Positions 9,931 through 20,512 are shown, counted from the first letter of the stretch. The stretch is 64,000 nucleotides of DNA from Erysipelotrichaceae bacterium (GCA_050950925.1 JBMNIN010000001.1:87638-151637), one strand, 5' to 3'. A program made the numbers and translations. The notes: generated from the letters alone by a model not told the origin.

Positions 9931-11296
9931 TACTAATAACCTCCAAAACAAACGGACTTTCTTCAGTACCTGCTCCTGAAGTTATCAATATTTGTCCATT
10001 CAAACAAATTACCGGTTTGACATTGGCGCTCTCTTTTATATTAACATATTTAATTAAATTTTCATTAATTACACAAACTAATTTTTTAGACTGAGTTCCA
10101 TTATTAGAAATAAAAATATTTTCGCTACCTTTCAGATGTTTGTAACTGATGTTGGGAATTGCTACAAAACACTCTACTTCTTTTTCATAACAACTTTCCC
10201 GATATCCATATTCACCTATATAAGGAAAAGTTCCATATTTCCATATTTTTTCGACTAAATATTTTTCATAATTCTCCAATTCTTTTATAAATTCATTATT
10301 CAGATAATAACCTATACCTTTTTGTAAATTAAACTCGTTGTTAACACCGTAACTAACAGCATAAGCCTCACCATCTTTTTGTATTACATCAGCTAAAATC
10401 AGCACAACATTCCAGTTTTCATCAATAGACTCCACTCGCCATTGCATATTTGAATATTCAATATATGAACCAACAGGAGCATCAAGTACCTTTTCAATTT
10501 CACTGTCAAATAATACAAACGGATTATTTCTAGTTCCATCACCCTGTTTTGCTGTGGTGGAACTGCTCAGTATTAACACCGGTCTTACACCAACCACAAG
10601 TGAATCTGAATACGAAAGACCAACCGCGCCTTCCTCATTGATAAAATAGTATTTGTTTTCACTGCTTCTATTTCCTGTCCAGAAACTTTCACCATTATTC
10701 AGATAAGAATTCTGTCCTCCGGCTGCCAGATAATCTTTTAATGCAAGCAAAGAGAACCTGTTACTGTCTAATTCCTGAGTACATGTATGATTTTCAAAAC
10801 TGTCAAGCTGACAGACACAGTTGGCATTGTTGACTAAAAAATTTGAATTTTTTACCATTCTCTCATAAATTCCGGTATTCTCCTGTTCTGAATGATTTAG
10901 CCAGTGACTGATTGACGAATCATAGAAAGCTTCTTTTTCAAATAATGGCATGACTGTTATTGACTGCTGGGCAATTATTTTGATATTTTTATCTTTGTCG
11001 ATGGACATAATACGATACAAATTTCCTGAAACAGATATATAGTTGTTTTCAACATTGCCTACATATGTATAGGTGCCGTCTTCATTTTCAGCCAGTCTAT
11101 CGGCTGATGAATAATCTATTCTGTCTATCAGAACTGTCGATAAAAATGCATAATTGGCGCTATTATATATCTTATAGACTTTATTTTTAAAATAAATCAG
11201 TCGACCTACATAAAAAGTTATAATACCTGCTATCAGTATCGTATTTACTATTTGGAAACATTTTTCTTTTGTAATCTTTGTTTTCTTTTTCGCCAT
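9923..11296 (-). CDS. Membrane-anchored extracellular protein with two DUF6273-like modules
   Basis: Start MAKKKTKI at 11296 follows a GAGG RBS, then one TM helix. Two segments end in GVRPVLIL...NPFVL and VKPVICL...SPFVL, reminiscent of DUF6273. Confidence 0.45.
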   Translation of the reverse strand: MAKKKTKITKEKCFQIVNTILIAGIITFYVGRLIYFKNKVYKIYNSANYAFLSTVLIDRIDYSSADRLAENEDGTYTYVGNVENNYISVSGNLYRIMSIDKDKNIKIIAQQSITVMPLFEKEAFYDSSISHWLNHSEQENTGIYERMVKNSNFLVNNANCVCQLDSFENHTCTQELDSNRFSLLALKDYLAAGGQNSYLNNGESFWTGNRSSENKYYFINEEGAVGLSYSDSLVVGVRPVLILSSSTTAKQGDGTRNNPFVLFDSEIEKVLDAPVGSYIEYSNMQWRVESIDENWNVVLILADVIQKDGEAYAVSYGVNNEFNLQKGIGYYLNNEFIKELENYEKYLVEKIWKYGTFPYIGEYGYRESCYEKEVECFVAIPNISYKHLKGSENIFISNNGTQSKKLVCVINENLIKYVNIKESANVKPVICLNGQILITSGAGTEESPFVLEVISND

Positions 11297-11490
11297 AATA
11301 AGAACCTCTGATACCCCATGAAATAATAACATAAATAAAAGAGCGTTTCCACTCTTTAACTCACTTCACATCACATCCCATAGATTGGAATATTGTAAAA
11401 ACCGTAATATTTTTTCTTTTAACTATCCGGTTTGAATCAGCAGCTCTAAAATTGCTGCTTTTTTACTTTGCGCATCAAAATTAACAACGG

Positions 11491-12216
11491 CTACTTATAA
11501 TTTTCAGCTATTCCTAAAGCAATCTCCATCATTCTTGTAAATGAATTCTGTCTTTCTGCAGCTGTAGTTTCCTGATGAGTAACAATGTTGTCTGAAACAG
11601 TTAACAAACATGCTGCTTTTTTACCTAAATATTTTGCATTAGCGAATAAAGCAAATGATTCCATTTCAACACATATACAATTATAGTCGTTTACTGTTTT
11701 ATTGAAGTTTTCTTTTGCCACTTCTTCAGAATAATAGAAGACATCACTGGAATGAATTCTTCCTTCAATTAAATCATATCCCAGTTTTTTCGCTGATTCT
11801 TTAATTTCCGCATTTAACTTTTCGTTGGGATAAGTGACTTTTTCTTCATAGCCGCAAAATTCTCTGGCAAATGTTGATTGAGAATAGGCGCTGTCTCCTA
11901 AAATGACCTCATATAAATTAATATCTTCTCTCATAGCTCCAGTAGAACCAATACGGACAATTGCCTCTACTCCATAGAAAGAAAACAATTCATATGAATA
12001 AATACCAATAGAAGGCATGCCCATCCCAGAACCCATTACTGAAACTCTGTGTCCCTTATATGTTCCGGTAAAGCCCAGCATCCCTCTGATGCCATTAAAC
12101 TGAACAACATCTTCCAGATATGTTTCAGCAACAACTTTAGCTCTTAACGGATCTCCTGGCATCAAAACCAATTTAGCAACTTCGCCCATATTTGCACTAA
12201 TATGCGGTGTACCCAT
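11491..12216 (-). CDS. deoD: Purine nucleoside phosphorylase, DeoD type
   Basis: MGTPHI...LMPGDPLRAK, SVMGSGMGMPS and VEMES motifs of the hexameric PNP/UDP_1 family. 241 aa. Confidence 0.85.
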   Translation of the reverse strand: MGTPHISANMGEVAKLVLMPGDPLRAKVVAETYLEDVVQFNGIRGMLGFTGTYKGHRVSVMGSGMGMPSIGIYSYELFSFYGVEAIVRIGSTGAMREDINLYEVILGDSAYSQSTFAREFCGYEEKVTYPNEKLNAEIKESAKKLGYDLIEGRIHSSDVFYYSEEVAKENFNKTVNDYNCICVEMESFALFANAKYLGKKAACLLTVSDNIVTHQETTAAERQNSFTRMMEIALGIAENYK

Positions 12217-12293
12217 TTTACAAATCCTCCTTATTATTTTAATTTTTACTTCTTTAAATATTTTAGCAATCTATACCGTTATTTTCAATTGCC

Positions 12294-13652
12294 TTAATTT
12301 TTTTCTGCTTTCTTTTTTTCCGGTTTAGGCTTATTTTTTGCCTCGATTCTAAAAATTACTCCTTTTTCCATATTTTCAGCTGAAATTGAATAATCATAAG
12401 CATTACAAACTTTGTAGCATATACTTAACCCTAATCCAAATTTTCCTTTATCACCTTTTTCAAACGGTTTGAAAAGTGCTTTAACTCTTTCTGCCGACAT
12501 TGGCGGACCATCGTTGGCGATTGACAGGTAATATGGTTCCAGCACAACTGTAATGTTACTTTCAGCATATCTTAAAGCATTATCCAGCAGATTGGATACC
12601 ACAACTCTCCAGCTTTCTTTATCACCTTTAAAAATTGCCGGACTTAAATCTCTATCTATTTTAAGCTCCGGTTTAATCATTTTGAATGATACCAGTACAT
12701 CTTCGATAAGCTGATACATATCAGTTGTTTTTTCAGTTGCTTTTTCCTGTTCCATCATATAATCAAGCCGGTTTAAAAACAGCAGACTGTATACTTTGCT
12801 TTCCAGCCTGTTGGCATTATCTAAAATCACATCAACACTTTTTTCTAAGGTATCATACGGATAAATTCCATCTTTAATACTTTCAGCATAGGATTTAATT
12901 GTTGCAATCGGAGTTTTTAAATCGTGCGAGATGTTTTGAATCATTTCTTCTTTTGTTTCTTCCTGACGTTTGATTTCATTATGCATTCCGACCAGTGCAT
13001 TGGCTAAATCGCCAAGTTCATCTTTTCTTTCAATATTCAACACGGCCTTATCGTCACCTTCTCTTATTTTGCCAATATAGCTCTGCATCTGTAAAAGCGG
13101 AGCAATAATAGTTGCCACCCAGACAGATAAAAGAACAAATATAACCCCAAATACTATCGCACTGGTATTAGAGACATTGCTCAACAAATCGTTTTCAATA
13201 GCCTGTCCATAAGCGGCGCCGATAATAGAAATAATTTCGTATTGTCCTTCTATGTTGGAATAGTAGTAATAGTAACTTTCATTACCCACTTCAAAAGTGC
13301 TTTCTATCCAGCCGGAATTATTTCCTAAAGCAATTTCATTGACACATGCTATAAACTCGTCTGATATTCTTCCGCCATAGTATTTAATACATTTGTCATT
13401 AGAATAGACAAAATGAATAACGTCGGCATCATAAGATAAATCCGAAAAACCACTGTCATTATTTAATATTTTAATCAGACTTTCCTGAGAACGGTGTAAG
13501 AGTGACATGACCTGATTTACCACAAAATCATCAATATTACCTCTTAAATAAACTGAAAAGAAAAAAATCAGCACCACACCAAATGTCACAAAAATGATGC
13601 TGACCTGTTGAAACAATGATACATCTGTTATTGATTTTAAAAATCTTCTCAT
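12294..13652 (-). CDS. Sensor histidine kinase
   Basis: Two TM helices, a HAMP-like linker, H-box ISHDLKTPIATI and N/G boxes (LLDNALRY, GLGLSI). Overlaps the response regulator stop by 1 nt. Confidence 0.85.
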   Translation of the reverse strand: MRRFLKSITDVSLFQQVSIIFVTFGVVLIFFFSVYLRGNIDDFVVNQVMSLLHRSQESLIKILNNDSGFSDLSYDADVIHFVYSNDKCIKYYGGRISDEFIACVNEIALGNNSGWIESTFEVGNESYYYYYSNIEGQYEIISIIGAAYGQAIENDLLSNVSNTSAIVFGVIFVLLSVWVATIIAPLLQMQSYIGKIREGDDKAVLNIERKDELGDLANALVGMHNEIKRQEETKEEMIQNISHDLKTPIATIKSYAESIKDGIYPYDTLEKSVDVILDNANRLESKVYSLLFLNRLDYMMEQEKATEKTTDMYQLIEDVLVSFKMIKPELKIDRDLSPAIFKGDKESWRVVVSNLLDNALRYAESNITVVLEPYYLSIANDGPPMSAERVKALFKPFEKGDKGKFGLGLSICYKVCNAYDYSISAENMEKGVIFRIEAKNKPKPEKKKAEKN

Positions 13653-14308
13653 TATCCTAATTTATAACCATAACCATGCAAAGTGTTGATATTCAGTTTT
13701 GGCATTTTCTTTCTTAATCTTCTAAGTGTGTCATCGACAACCCTGTCTGAACCGTAGTAACCTTCACCCCAGACAGCTGTAATGATATTCTCTCTTGACA
13801 GAGCTGTTCCCTTTTTATGAACAAACAACATCAGTAAATCAAATTCTTTGGTTGTCAGATCGATAATTTTCTCACCATCACTGATTGTTCTCTGGGTTTC
13901 ATTTATCACATATTCATCAATCACAAACTTTTCTTCTTCACGATAGAATCTCTTTATTATTCTGTTAACTCTTAAAACCACTTCTTTCATATTAAAAGGT
14001 TTGGTAATGTAATCATCACTTCCTTTTTCAAGGCCGATAATTCTGTCAAACTCCTTATCTCTGGCACTGATAAAAATCATCGGTACATCTTCTCTCTGAT
14101 ATTTGATAATCTCAAAGAGATCAAACCCGCTTTTTTCATCCAGCATTATATCCAGCAGCCATAAGTCAATATCAATATCCCCGGCATGCTTTAAGGCCGA
14201 TTCATAGGTATAAAAAGATTTGACCAGATATCCTTCCTTTTCCAGATATCTTTTCATCAGTTCATTCAAATCTTTTTCATCTTCAACAATCGCAATTGTT
14301 CTTTTCAT
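13652..14308 (-). CDS. OmpR-family response regulator
   Basis: Receiver domain (IVEDE...LLDIML...K) plus a winged-helix output (TTKEFDLLMLF...GYGYKL). ATG at 14308 lies 5 nt after AGGTGA. Confidence 0.85.
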   Translation of the reverse strand: MKRTIAIVEDEKDLNELMKRYLEKEGYLVKSFYTYESALKHAGDIDIDLWLLDIMLDEKSGFDLFEIIKYQREDVPMIFISARDKEFDRIIGLEKGSDDYITKPFNMKEVVLRVNRIIKRFYREEEKFVIDEYVINETQRTISDGEKIIDLTTKEFDLLMLFVHKKGTALSRENIITAVWGEGYYGSDRVVDDTLRRLRKKMPKLNINTLHGYGYKLG

Positions 14309-14375
14309 TAACATCACCTGCTTAAGAATATTGTATCATAAAATAACTGTTGTAATTGTTTTTACCTTCTGACAA

Positions 14376-15080
14376 TTAAAACTCCATACCATTATTCTTC
14401 TTTCTTTTGAAAACTGACCAGACTCCGATAAAAGCTGAAGTTAAAAACAACGAAGCTGTCAGCTGTAAAATCATCAGAGTCTCCATCTGATAGGTAATAT
14501 ATCCGGCAATCAGAAACACCGAATGATAAGCGCATAAGAAAATCGTTATAAAAACAAATATCTTTAAAAGATGGCTTCTTTTTCTTGACAGATATGCTGG
14601 CAATAACGAAACTAAACTACCGGCAGCAGCTGCGATTCCATAAAACTGAATTGCAGTACGCGGGAAAATAACGAAGTTGCACTCTGACAAGGTTGCCTCA
14701 CCGGAAATAACAACCTGCGGCTCATAATAAGAATATTGTGAGGGGATTATCTGATGATAAAATACCGGTGTTCTTCCATCATAATCCAAAATTCTGATTG
14801 TTTCTGTCTCTTTTTTCATTCCATATTGATATGATCTTCTTGATCCCATAGCAACAAGTGTATAAGATTGAGTTCCATCATAATATTCCTCATACAATTC
14901 AGCAAATTCAACCAGTTCTGTCAATTCAATAACCAGTGACCCGTTATCCTGATAAACGCTTTTTATCGCTTCATCAGGCGTTAACTGAAACTTGTCCTGA
15001 AATAATAGTATATAACCTAAAATTATTAGAAAAAATATAAATGAAATAACAGTTAAACTAATAATACTTTTCTCTTTCAC
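14376..15080 (-). CDS. Hypothetical membrane protein, upstream gene of the two-component operon
   Basis: 234 aa with an N-terminal TM helix and about three C-terminal TM helices. No family recognised. Confidence 0.5.
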   Translation of the reverse strand: MKEKSIISLTVISFIFFLIILGYILLFQDKFQLTPDEAIKSVYQDNGSLVIELTELVEFAELYEEYYDGTQSYTLVAMGSRRSYQYGMKKETETIRILDYDGRTPVFYHQIIPSQYSYYEPQVVISGEATLSECNFVIFPRTAIQFYGIAAAAGSLVSLLPAYLSRKRSHLLKIFVFITIFLCAYHSVFLIAGYITYQMETLMILQLTASLFLTSAFIGVWSVFKRKKNNGMEF

Positions 15081-15334
15081 CAGGATTTGCCTCCTTTTTA
15101 TACCGGAATAATGTTACTTATCAGACACTTTACTGATTTGGCAAATGTTTTCGCCAACAACAAAAACACTTCTATCTGAAATCTGAACAGAACAAAACCA
15201 AAAAATATTACTATTTAATTTTTTTAATGTTTTGATTAAATTACTTTAAAACTGCATCAACCTGCTTTTCTTAAAGTCAGAAAAAACCTGAAATTTTTTA
15301 CAGCCTTTCAGCAATTTCAATAAATATACCTTTG

Positions 15335-16234
15335 TTATTCTTTTTCGACTGGATCTGTTTTTTCCACTTTTTCTTTTTCAGGTCTGTTTTTCCTCTTTTT
15401 AATTATGAAATAAACAATTCCGCCAACCGGAAGCCAGATCGGAATTCCTGCAACAGCAAATATAATCAGATATTGAATAACCGAAACAAGCATACTTGCA
15501 CTTCTTACGATTCCTGATTTCATGTAATATAAGAAATCTTCAAAACTTAATGCGGTAAATTCAATTTTCTGTGATGTCTGAATAACATCATCATATTCTG
15601 AGATGTCTAAGCTGATAGTAGAATAGTCAATTAAAGAATCCCATAACTTGAACTGCCCTTTTAGTATTTCAATTTCAGTAGTTGTCCTGTTGATTTCATA
15701 TTGAATTCTCAACATGTCATCTACATTAGTTGCCTTATCAAAGAATTCCTGATATTTAAGTAATTCTTTTTCTAACTGTTGCAGTCTGATATCAGAATCA
15801 TAATATTCTTTAGTTATATCCTGAGTATAAATATTAAGATATTTAACATCTTCACTTTCATTCAGTTTATCCAGATATGCATTAAGGTTTTCTGCAGGAA
15901 TTTTAAATTCTACTCTGATTGTAGTATAATTACTTCCCTCGTTTCTGCTGATGTTGGTCTGATAACCTCCAAACTCATTAGCCAGATTTAAAATATTCTG
16001 GTAAGAATCATCAACATTTTTTGTTTTAACAGTTGCTGACCCGTTTTTAATTAATTTAAGGTCATTGTTAATTGGTGTTTTTGTTGTATTGTCGCCTTTC
16101 TGCGTATTAGAATTATCAGTTTCATAATTCCAATCGGGATTAACAAAATCTCTTCCGTCTGATGGGCTTTCCTTACTGCAGCCGGCTATCAATAACATCA
16201 ATAATATCATAATAATCCATAACTTCTTTTTCAT
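15335..16234 (-). CDS. DUF4349-like lipoprotein
   Basis: Lipobox LLIAGC. A central coiled-coil region and a C-terminal TM helix, as I recall for DUF4349. Confidence 0.55.
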   Translation of the reverse strand: MKKKLWIIMILLMLLIAGCSKESPSDGRDFVNPDWNYETDNSNTQKGDNTTKTPINNDLKLIKNGSATVKTKNVDDSYQNILNLANEFGGYQTNISRNEGSNYTTIRVEFKIPAENLNAYLDKLNESEDVKYLNIYTQDITKEYYDSDIRLQQLEKELLKYQEFFDKATNVDDMLRIQYEINRTTTEIEILKGQFKLWDSLIDYSTISLDISEYDDVIQTSQKIEFTALSFEDFLYYMKSGIVRSASMLVSVIQYLIIFAVAGIPIWLPVGGIVYFIIKKRKNRPEKEKVEKTDPVEKE

Positions 16235-16515
16235 TTTCTCACCTCTCCTGTTTAGTACAGGAATCTAATTTAATTATACATAAAGCTTATATCTTAAAAC
16301 AATCATCGGCACTTAAAACATCTGCCGTTATCAGCTAAACCTGATTTATCCATTAGTGTATATTCAACAGTCTTTATCGCCTTAAAACATTTAATTCCGA
16401 TATAATTTGCCATCACGATAAAATCTTTTTATCAGTTCGATTCTTTCTTGTTATCGTCACTTTGAAATCAATCTTCATTTGCTTTATATATCTGAATTTA
16501 TTGTAACACAAAATA

Positions 16516-17049
16516 TTATTGATTGGTCAACTGTTCTAAATACTGCTGAAAATGCTTTTCCACATATTGACGGTTAAAAGGTTTTCGCCTGTTTTCAACA
16601 TCCATTAAAACCTTCTGCATTTCACTTTTTATTATTATATCTATTTCCTTTGGATAATTCATCAGTCTGGAATGCTTTTCATATTCATCCTGATCCAGCA
16701 TAATAATTTTATTGTCAGAAAAGATTTTGAAATCCAAATCATAATCAATGTATTTCACTGCTTCTCCATCATACAGAACCGGTGAAGCCAGGTTACAGTA
16801 ATAATAAATCCCATCTTTTCTGATCATTGCCATTACATTGAACCATCTGTCAGTATAAAAATAACCGATTGCCGGCTCCCTTGTAAACCACTTTCTTCCA
16901 TCTTTTTCAATTACCCAGGTTTTATTTGTGACAAGCACATAATGATTTTCATCACTCTCCAAAACAAAACCCTGGTCCCATGTCCGGTTTAAAGAACCAT
17001 CATGTTTATAACATTGAATGTAAACCGAGGAATTTTTTTCTGGAAACAT
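16516..17049 (-). CDS. DUF402 family nucleoside tri/diphosphate phosphatase (Ntdp/UPF0374-like)
   Basis: 177 aa. Sequence VYIQCYKHDGSLNRTWD...YYYCNLASP...IDYDLD fits the DUF402 family. Confidence 0.65.
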   Translation of the reverse strand: MFPEKNSSVYIQCYKHDGSLNRTWDQGFVLESDENHYVLVTNKTWVIEKDGRKWFTREPAIGYFYTDRWFNVMAMIRKDGIYYYCNLASPVLYDGEAVKYIDYDLDFKIFSDNKIIMLDQDEYEKHSRLMNYPKEIDIIIKSEMQKVLMDVENRRKPFNRQYVEKHFQQYLEQLTNQ

Positions 17050-17059
17050 CCTGGCCTCA

Positions 17060-17563
17060 CTATTTTAATAATGGTGTTATTTTTTCATACAGCAATGGAA
17101 CAATAATTAAATCAACTATCATTGTCGGAATAATATATGAAGCATTGTAAGTCAATGAACCCCAAAGCGGAGTTTCCCAGACAACAATTCCGGCTATTGT
17201 TGAAAACATCAGTCTGATCAGACTGGTAATTATGATACCGCAATATAATCTTTTATAATTTTTAAACAGACTGCTGAAGCCGTAGGCTGTATAAGCAAAC
17301 AGGTAATCAAAAAGAAAACTGAACATACCGTAATAATTAATTGATCCGGTTACAAACATCAGAAATACCGCTACCAGACAGACCAATACACCTTTTTTCC
17401 AGCCCAAATGATAACTGGCCAACAATAAGGCTATTGTACCGAGTGATAGTCTGCCTCCCTGAGGCATCACAAATAAATTAAAAGTGTTGGCAATAAAATC
17501 CAAAACTACAAACAGTGCTCCATATAGAGCTACATAAACTAATCCTTTAATTTTCTGATTCAT
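17060..17563 (-). CDS. thiT: ECF-transporter S component for thiamine
   Basis: About six TM helices and 167 aa from MNQKIKG. Lies directly downstream of a TPP riboswitch. Confidence 0.75.
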   Translation of the reverse strand: MNQKIKGLVYVALYGALFVVLDFIANTFNLFVMPQGGRLSLGTIALLLASYHLGWKKGVLVCLVAVFLMFVTGSINYYGMFSFLFDYLFAYTAYGFSSLFKNYKRLYCGIIITSLIRLMFSTIAGIVVWETPLWGSLTYNASYIIPTMIVDLIIVPLLYEKITPLLK

Positions 17564-17672
17564 AAAAAAACACCTTTCCACAGGTGCCAAGAAACTTAGA
17601 TCTTCCTACGCTGGCATTAACCAGATCAGGTCTAAGGGTATTTCTCAGCATTACGCACCCCTGTCTTGTACT
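17564..17672 (-). promoter_or_regulatory. TPP (THI-box) riboswitch with terminator/SD-sequestering expression platform
   Basis: Minus strand reads GGGGUGCGUAAUGCUGAGAAAUACCCUUAGACCUGAUCUGGUUAAUGCCAGCGUAGGAAG, which carries all conserved THI-box blocks. It is followed by CACCU-guggaa-AGGUG plus U7, abutting the thiT AUG. Confidence 0.9.
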
Positions 17673-17949
17673 AATTATAGATTGTTTGATGACAATTGTC
17701 TATAATTAAGCTGGAGGTGGCAATAATGAGACTGGATGAAAAATTAAAAGTTTTTATTGCAGAAGAAAAATACCTGATATCACTTCTTTCAAATACCAGT
17801 GCCTTTTTCAATGACCATTTAGAAAATATCAATTGGGTCGGCTATTACCTTTTTCAGGATAATCAGCTCATTCTTGGCCCTTTTCAGGGAAAGACAGCCT
17901 GTGAAATCATCCCGCTGAATAAAGGTGTCTGCGGTCACTGTGCCACAAC
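17673..17949. repeat. Direct repeat copy 1 (277 bp): long target-site duplication of the IS1634-family element
   Basis: Identical to 19861-20137 except one C/T difference (17839 vs 20027). Aligned by eye across the full length. Confidence 0.9.
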
Positions 17950-17959
17950 CCGTCTTTAG
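17726..17959 (+). pseudogene. Truncated duplicate of the GAF-domain (msrC-like) gene 5' end
   Basis: The first 75 codons are identical to the intact gene at 19914. The frame then runs into the IS end and stops. Confidence 0.85.
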
Positions 17960-19860
17960 AGTTTAGCACCATGAAAGTTTAGAGGCAGAAAGCGTGTTGA
18001 TGATGAAATAATCCTTTTGTATAAAGGGTTTTTTTAAATTTAAAAAACTTGAAAAACTTTTAATTTACTATTGCTTTAAATGGTGTACTGGTGTATACTG
18101 TTATCAGGAGGTTCTTTATGGCTTTTTTTCTGAAAAAACAAAAACAGAATAACAGGACTTATCTGCATATCTATGAGTCCTTCTATTCTCCTATTACCAA
18201 AAATACTAAACACAAATTTATTAAATCCATGGGTTCTGTACAGTCTCTTTCTGCTGAAGGTATTAAGGATCCTGTTTATTTCGCTCAGCAGGAAGTTGAC
18301 AGGATGAATCTTAAAAGAGATAGAAGTAAGGTTAAACTGATATCTGATGTTTCTCCTGTTGTTCATCTGGGTTATTTTCCTTTAGCCGCTATTATGAATA
18401 AGCTGCAGATTAAAAAGTATGTGGATTTATTTAAACTCAGTACCGATTTCTCTTTTGACTTGTATGATGTCCTTTCTTCTCTTGTTTATGCCCGGGTTAT
18501 CAAACCCTGCAGCAAGTATAAGACTTATTATGAGGTTATCCCCAATCTGTATGATGATTATCAGTTTTCCTATGACCAGCTTTTGGAAGGTCTGGCTTTC
18601 TATGGCAACGATTATCAGAAGTTTGTGGAACTGTTTAATACTCAGGTTGACAGGTTTTATAAACTTGATACTTCTACCACCTACTTTGACTGTACCAACT
18701 TCTATTTTGAAATTGACAGAGAGGATGACTTCAGGAGAAAAGGTGTTTCTAAAGAAAACAGAAAAAATCCGCTTGTCGGTTTGGGTTTACTGCTTGATAA
18801 GAATCAGATTCCCTGCGGCATGAAGATATTCCCCGGAAACGAAAGCGAAAAGCCCGTTATCAGAGATGTTATATCTTCTTTAAAACAACGGAATGAAATT
18901 GAAGGCAGAACCATTCAGGTCGCTGATAAAGGGCTTAACTGTGCTCAAAACATCCTGGAAGCCAAAAAGAACGGTGATGGATATATCTTTTCCAGATCAG
19001 TTAAAAATTTAGAGAGAAAAGAAGTGGTATGGTTATTGCTGGACAATGATTATATTGATGTTAAAGACAGTGATGGGAAAATATTGTATCGCTATAAGGA
19101 ATGTGTCGACAGGTTCAGTTATGATTATATAACTGAAGAAGGCAGGAAAGTAAAAGTGGAAATAACTGAAAAAAGAGTCGCTACTTACAATCCCGGGCTG
19201 GCGGTTAAACAAAAAGCTGAAATAAACAGGATGGTTGAAAAAGTAAAGAATCTTCAGCTTTCCAAAGCTAAGAGAAGCGAATATGGGGATGCCGGTAAAT
19301 ACGTTACTTTTTCATCCACTTCCAAAGGAAAGGTAACTGATGACAAAGTTAACGTTTCACTTAATCAGGCAAAGATTGAGGATGACCTTTCGTTAACCGG
19401 ATACAATCTTCTGGTAAGTTCAGAAATCAATATGAAAGCCCTGGATATCTACCGGGTCTATCATAATTTATGGCGGATTGAGGAATCATTCCGTATTATG
19501 AAATCAGATTTAGATGCCAGGCCGGTACATTTACAAAAACAGGAAACCATTCAGGGACACTTTCTCATCTGTTATATTGCCGTGTTATTACAAAGGATAT
19601 TCCAGTTCCACATTCTTAAAAATCAGTACTCATCATCTGACATAATTAATCTGTTTAAAAACTTTAATGTCGTTAAAAGTGATAGAGGTTATCTGAATTT
19701 AATGACTTCCAATAAATTTGTCAACGAGTTCTCCGCTAAAGCTAATTTACCTATTAATCATTTAAATTTAACGCCTACTAAATTAAAAAAGGTGTTCAAC
19801 TACAGGCCTTAAAGTCTGTGGTTGGTACACCATTTTTTAATGTCAACTTCGAAAGTCAGG
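17950..19860 (+). mobile_element. IS1634-family insertion sequence (about 1.9 kb)
   Basis: Bounded exactly by the 277-bp direct repeats. Has a single transposase ORF and imperfect terminal inverted repeats (CCGTCTTTAGAGTTTAGCA vs CCTGACTTTCGAAGTTGACA). Confidence 0.8.
18118..19812 (+). CDS. IS1634-family (IS4-related) DDE transposase
   Basis: ATG at 18118 follows AGGAGG. N-terminus MAFFLKKQKQNNRTYLHIYESFY is characteristic of IS1634-type transposases as I recall. DKGLN and YHNLWRIEESFR motifs are present. Confidence 0.8.
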   Translation: MAFFLKKQKQNNRTYLHIYESFYSPITKNTKHKFIKSMGSVQSLSAEGIKDPVYFAQQEVDRMNLKRDRSKVKLISDVSPVVHLGYFPLAAIMNKLQIKKYVDLFKLSTDFSFDLYDVLSSLVYARVIKPCSKYKTYYEVIPNLYDDYQFSYDQLLEGLAFYGNDYQKFVELFNTQVDRFYKLDTSTTYFDCTNFYFEIDREDDFRRKGVSKENRKNPLVGLGLLLDKNQIPCGMKIFPGNESEKPVIRDVISSLKQRNEIEGRTIQVADKGLNCAQNILEAKKNGDGYIFSRSVKNLERKEVVWLLLDNDYIDVKDSDGKILYRYKECVDRFSYDYITEEGRKVKVEITEKRVATYNPGLAVKQKAEINRMVEKVKNLQLSKAKRSEYGDAGKYVTFSSTSKGKVTDDKVNVSLNQAKIEDDLSLTGYNLLVSSEINMKALDIYRVYHNLWRIEESFRIMKSDLDARPVHLQKQETIQGHFLICYIAVLLQRIFQFHILKNQYSSSDIINLFKNFNVVKSDRGYLNLMTSNKFVNEFSAKANLPINHLNLTPTKLKKVFNYRP

Positions 19861-20137
19861 AATTATAGATTGTTTGATGACAATTGTCTATAATTAAGCT
19901 GGAGGTGGCAATAATGAGACTGGATGAAAAATTAAAAGTTTTTATTGCAGAAGAAAAATACCTGATATCACTTCTTTCAAATACCAGTGCCTTTTTCAAT
20001 GACCATTTAGAAAATATCAATTGGGTTGGCTATTACCTTTTTCAGGATAATCAGCTCATTCTTGGCCCTTTTCAGGGAAAGACAGCCTGTGAAATCATCC
20101 CGCTGAATAAAGGTGTCTGCGGTCACTGTGCCACAAC
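19861..20137. repeat. Direct repeat copy 2 (277 bp)
   Basis: See 17673-17949. Confidence 0.9.
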
Positions 20138-20360
20138 AGGACAGACCGTTGTCGTTGAAGATGTTGGTTTGTTTGAAAATCATATTGCCTGTGACAGTAA
20201 CTCAAAAAGTGAAATTGTCGTTCCGATAATAATTAATAATCAGCTTTTTGGTGTACTGGACATCGACTCACCCATTAAATCAAGATTCACTGACAAGGAT
20301 AAAAAAATTCTGGAAAAATGTGTAAATATCCTACAAGAAAAAATAAAACAGCTTATCTGA
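19914..20360 (+). CDS. msrC: GAF-domain protein, free methionine-(R)-sulfoxide reductase-like
   Basis: 148 aa from MRLDEKL, preceded by a GGAGGTGG RBS. Motifs WVGYYL...LGPFQGKTAC..I..GVCG, HIACDSNSKSEIVVP and GVLDIDS match the YebR/fRMsr family. Confidence 0.75.
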   Translation: MRLDEKLKVFIAEEKYLISLLSNTSAFFNDHLENINWVGYYLFQDNQLILGPFQGKTACEIIPLNKGVCGHCATTGQTVVVEDVGLFENHIACDSNSKSEIVVPIIINNQLFGVLDIDSPIKSRFTDKDKKILEKCVNILQEKIKQLI

Positions 20361-20512
20361 TCTGCTTTATTGTCGGTTAAAATCTTGGGGATTTTTTAAA
20401 TTTTTCATATTAAAACCATCTCTTTTCATCAGTTTATTATTGAAATGATTTTAAGCAGTTTTAACAGCATCCTAATAGAAAAATTAACTTCTCTTTCAGA
20501 ATAATAATTCAA

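Noticed and set aside
11438-11466. Hairpin AGCAGC-tctaaaatt-GCTGCT plus T6 on the plus strand between two minus-strand genes
   Set aside because: No plus-strand gene lies upstream for it to terminate. On the minus strand it lacks a U-tract. It may act weakly after deoD, but the evidence is insufficient to annotate it.
18419-18823. 134-aa alternative-frame ORF inside the IS1634-family transposase gene, and the 96-aa antisense ORF at 18076-18366
   Set aside because: Both are embedded in the transposase coding region, with no RBS and no recognisable domain.
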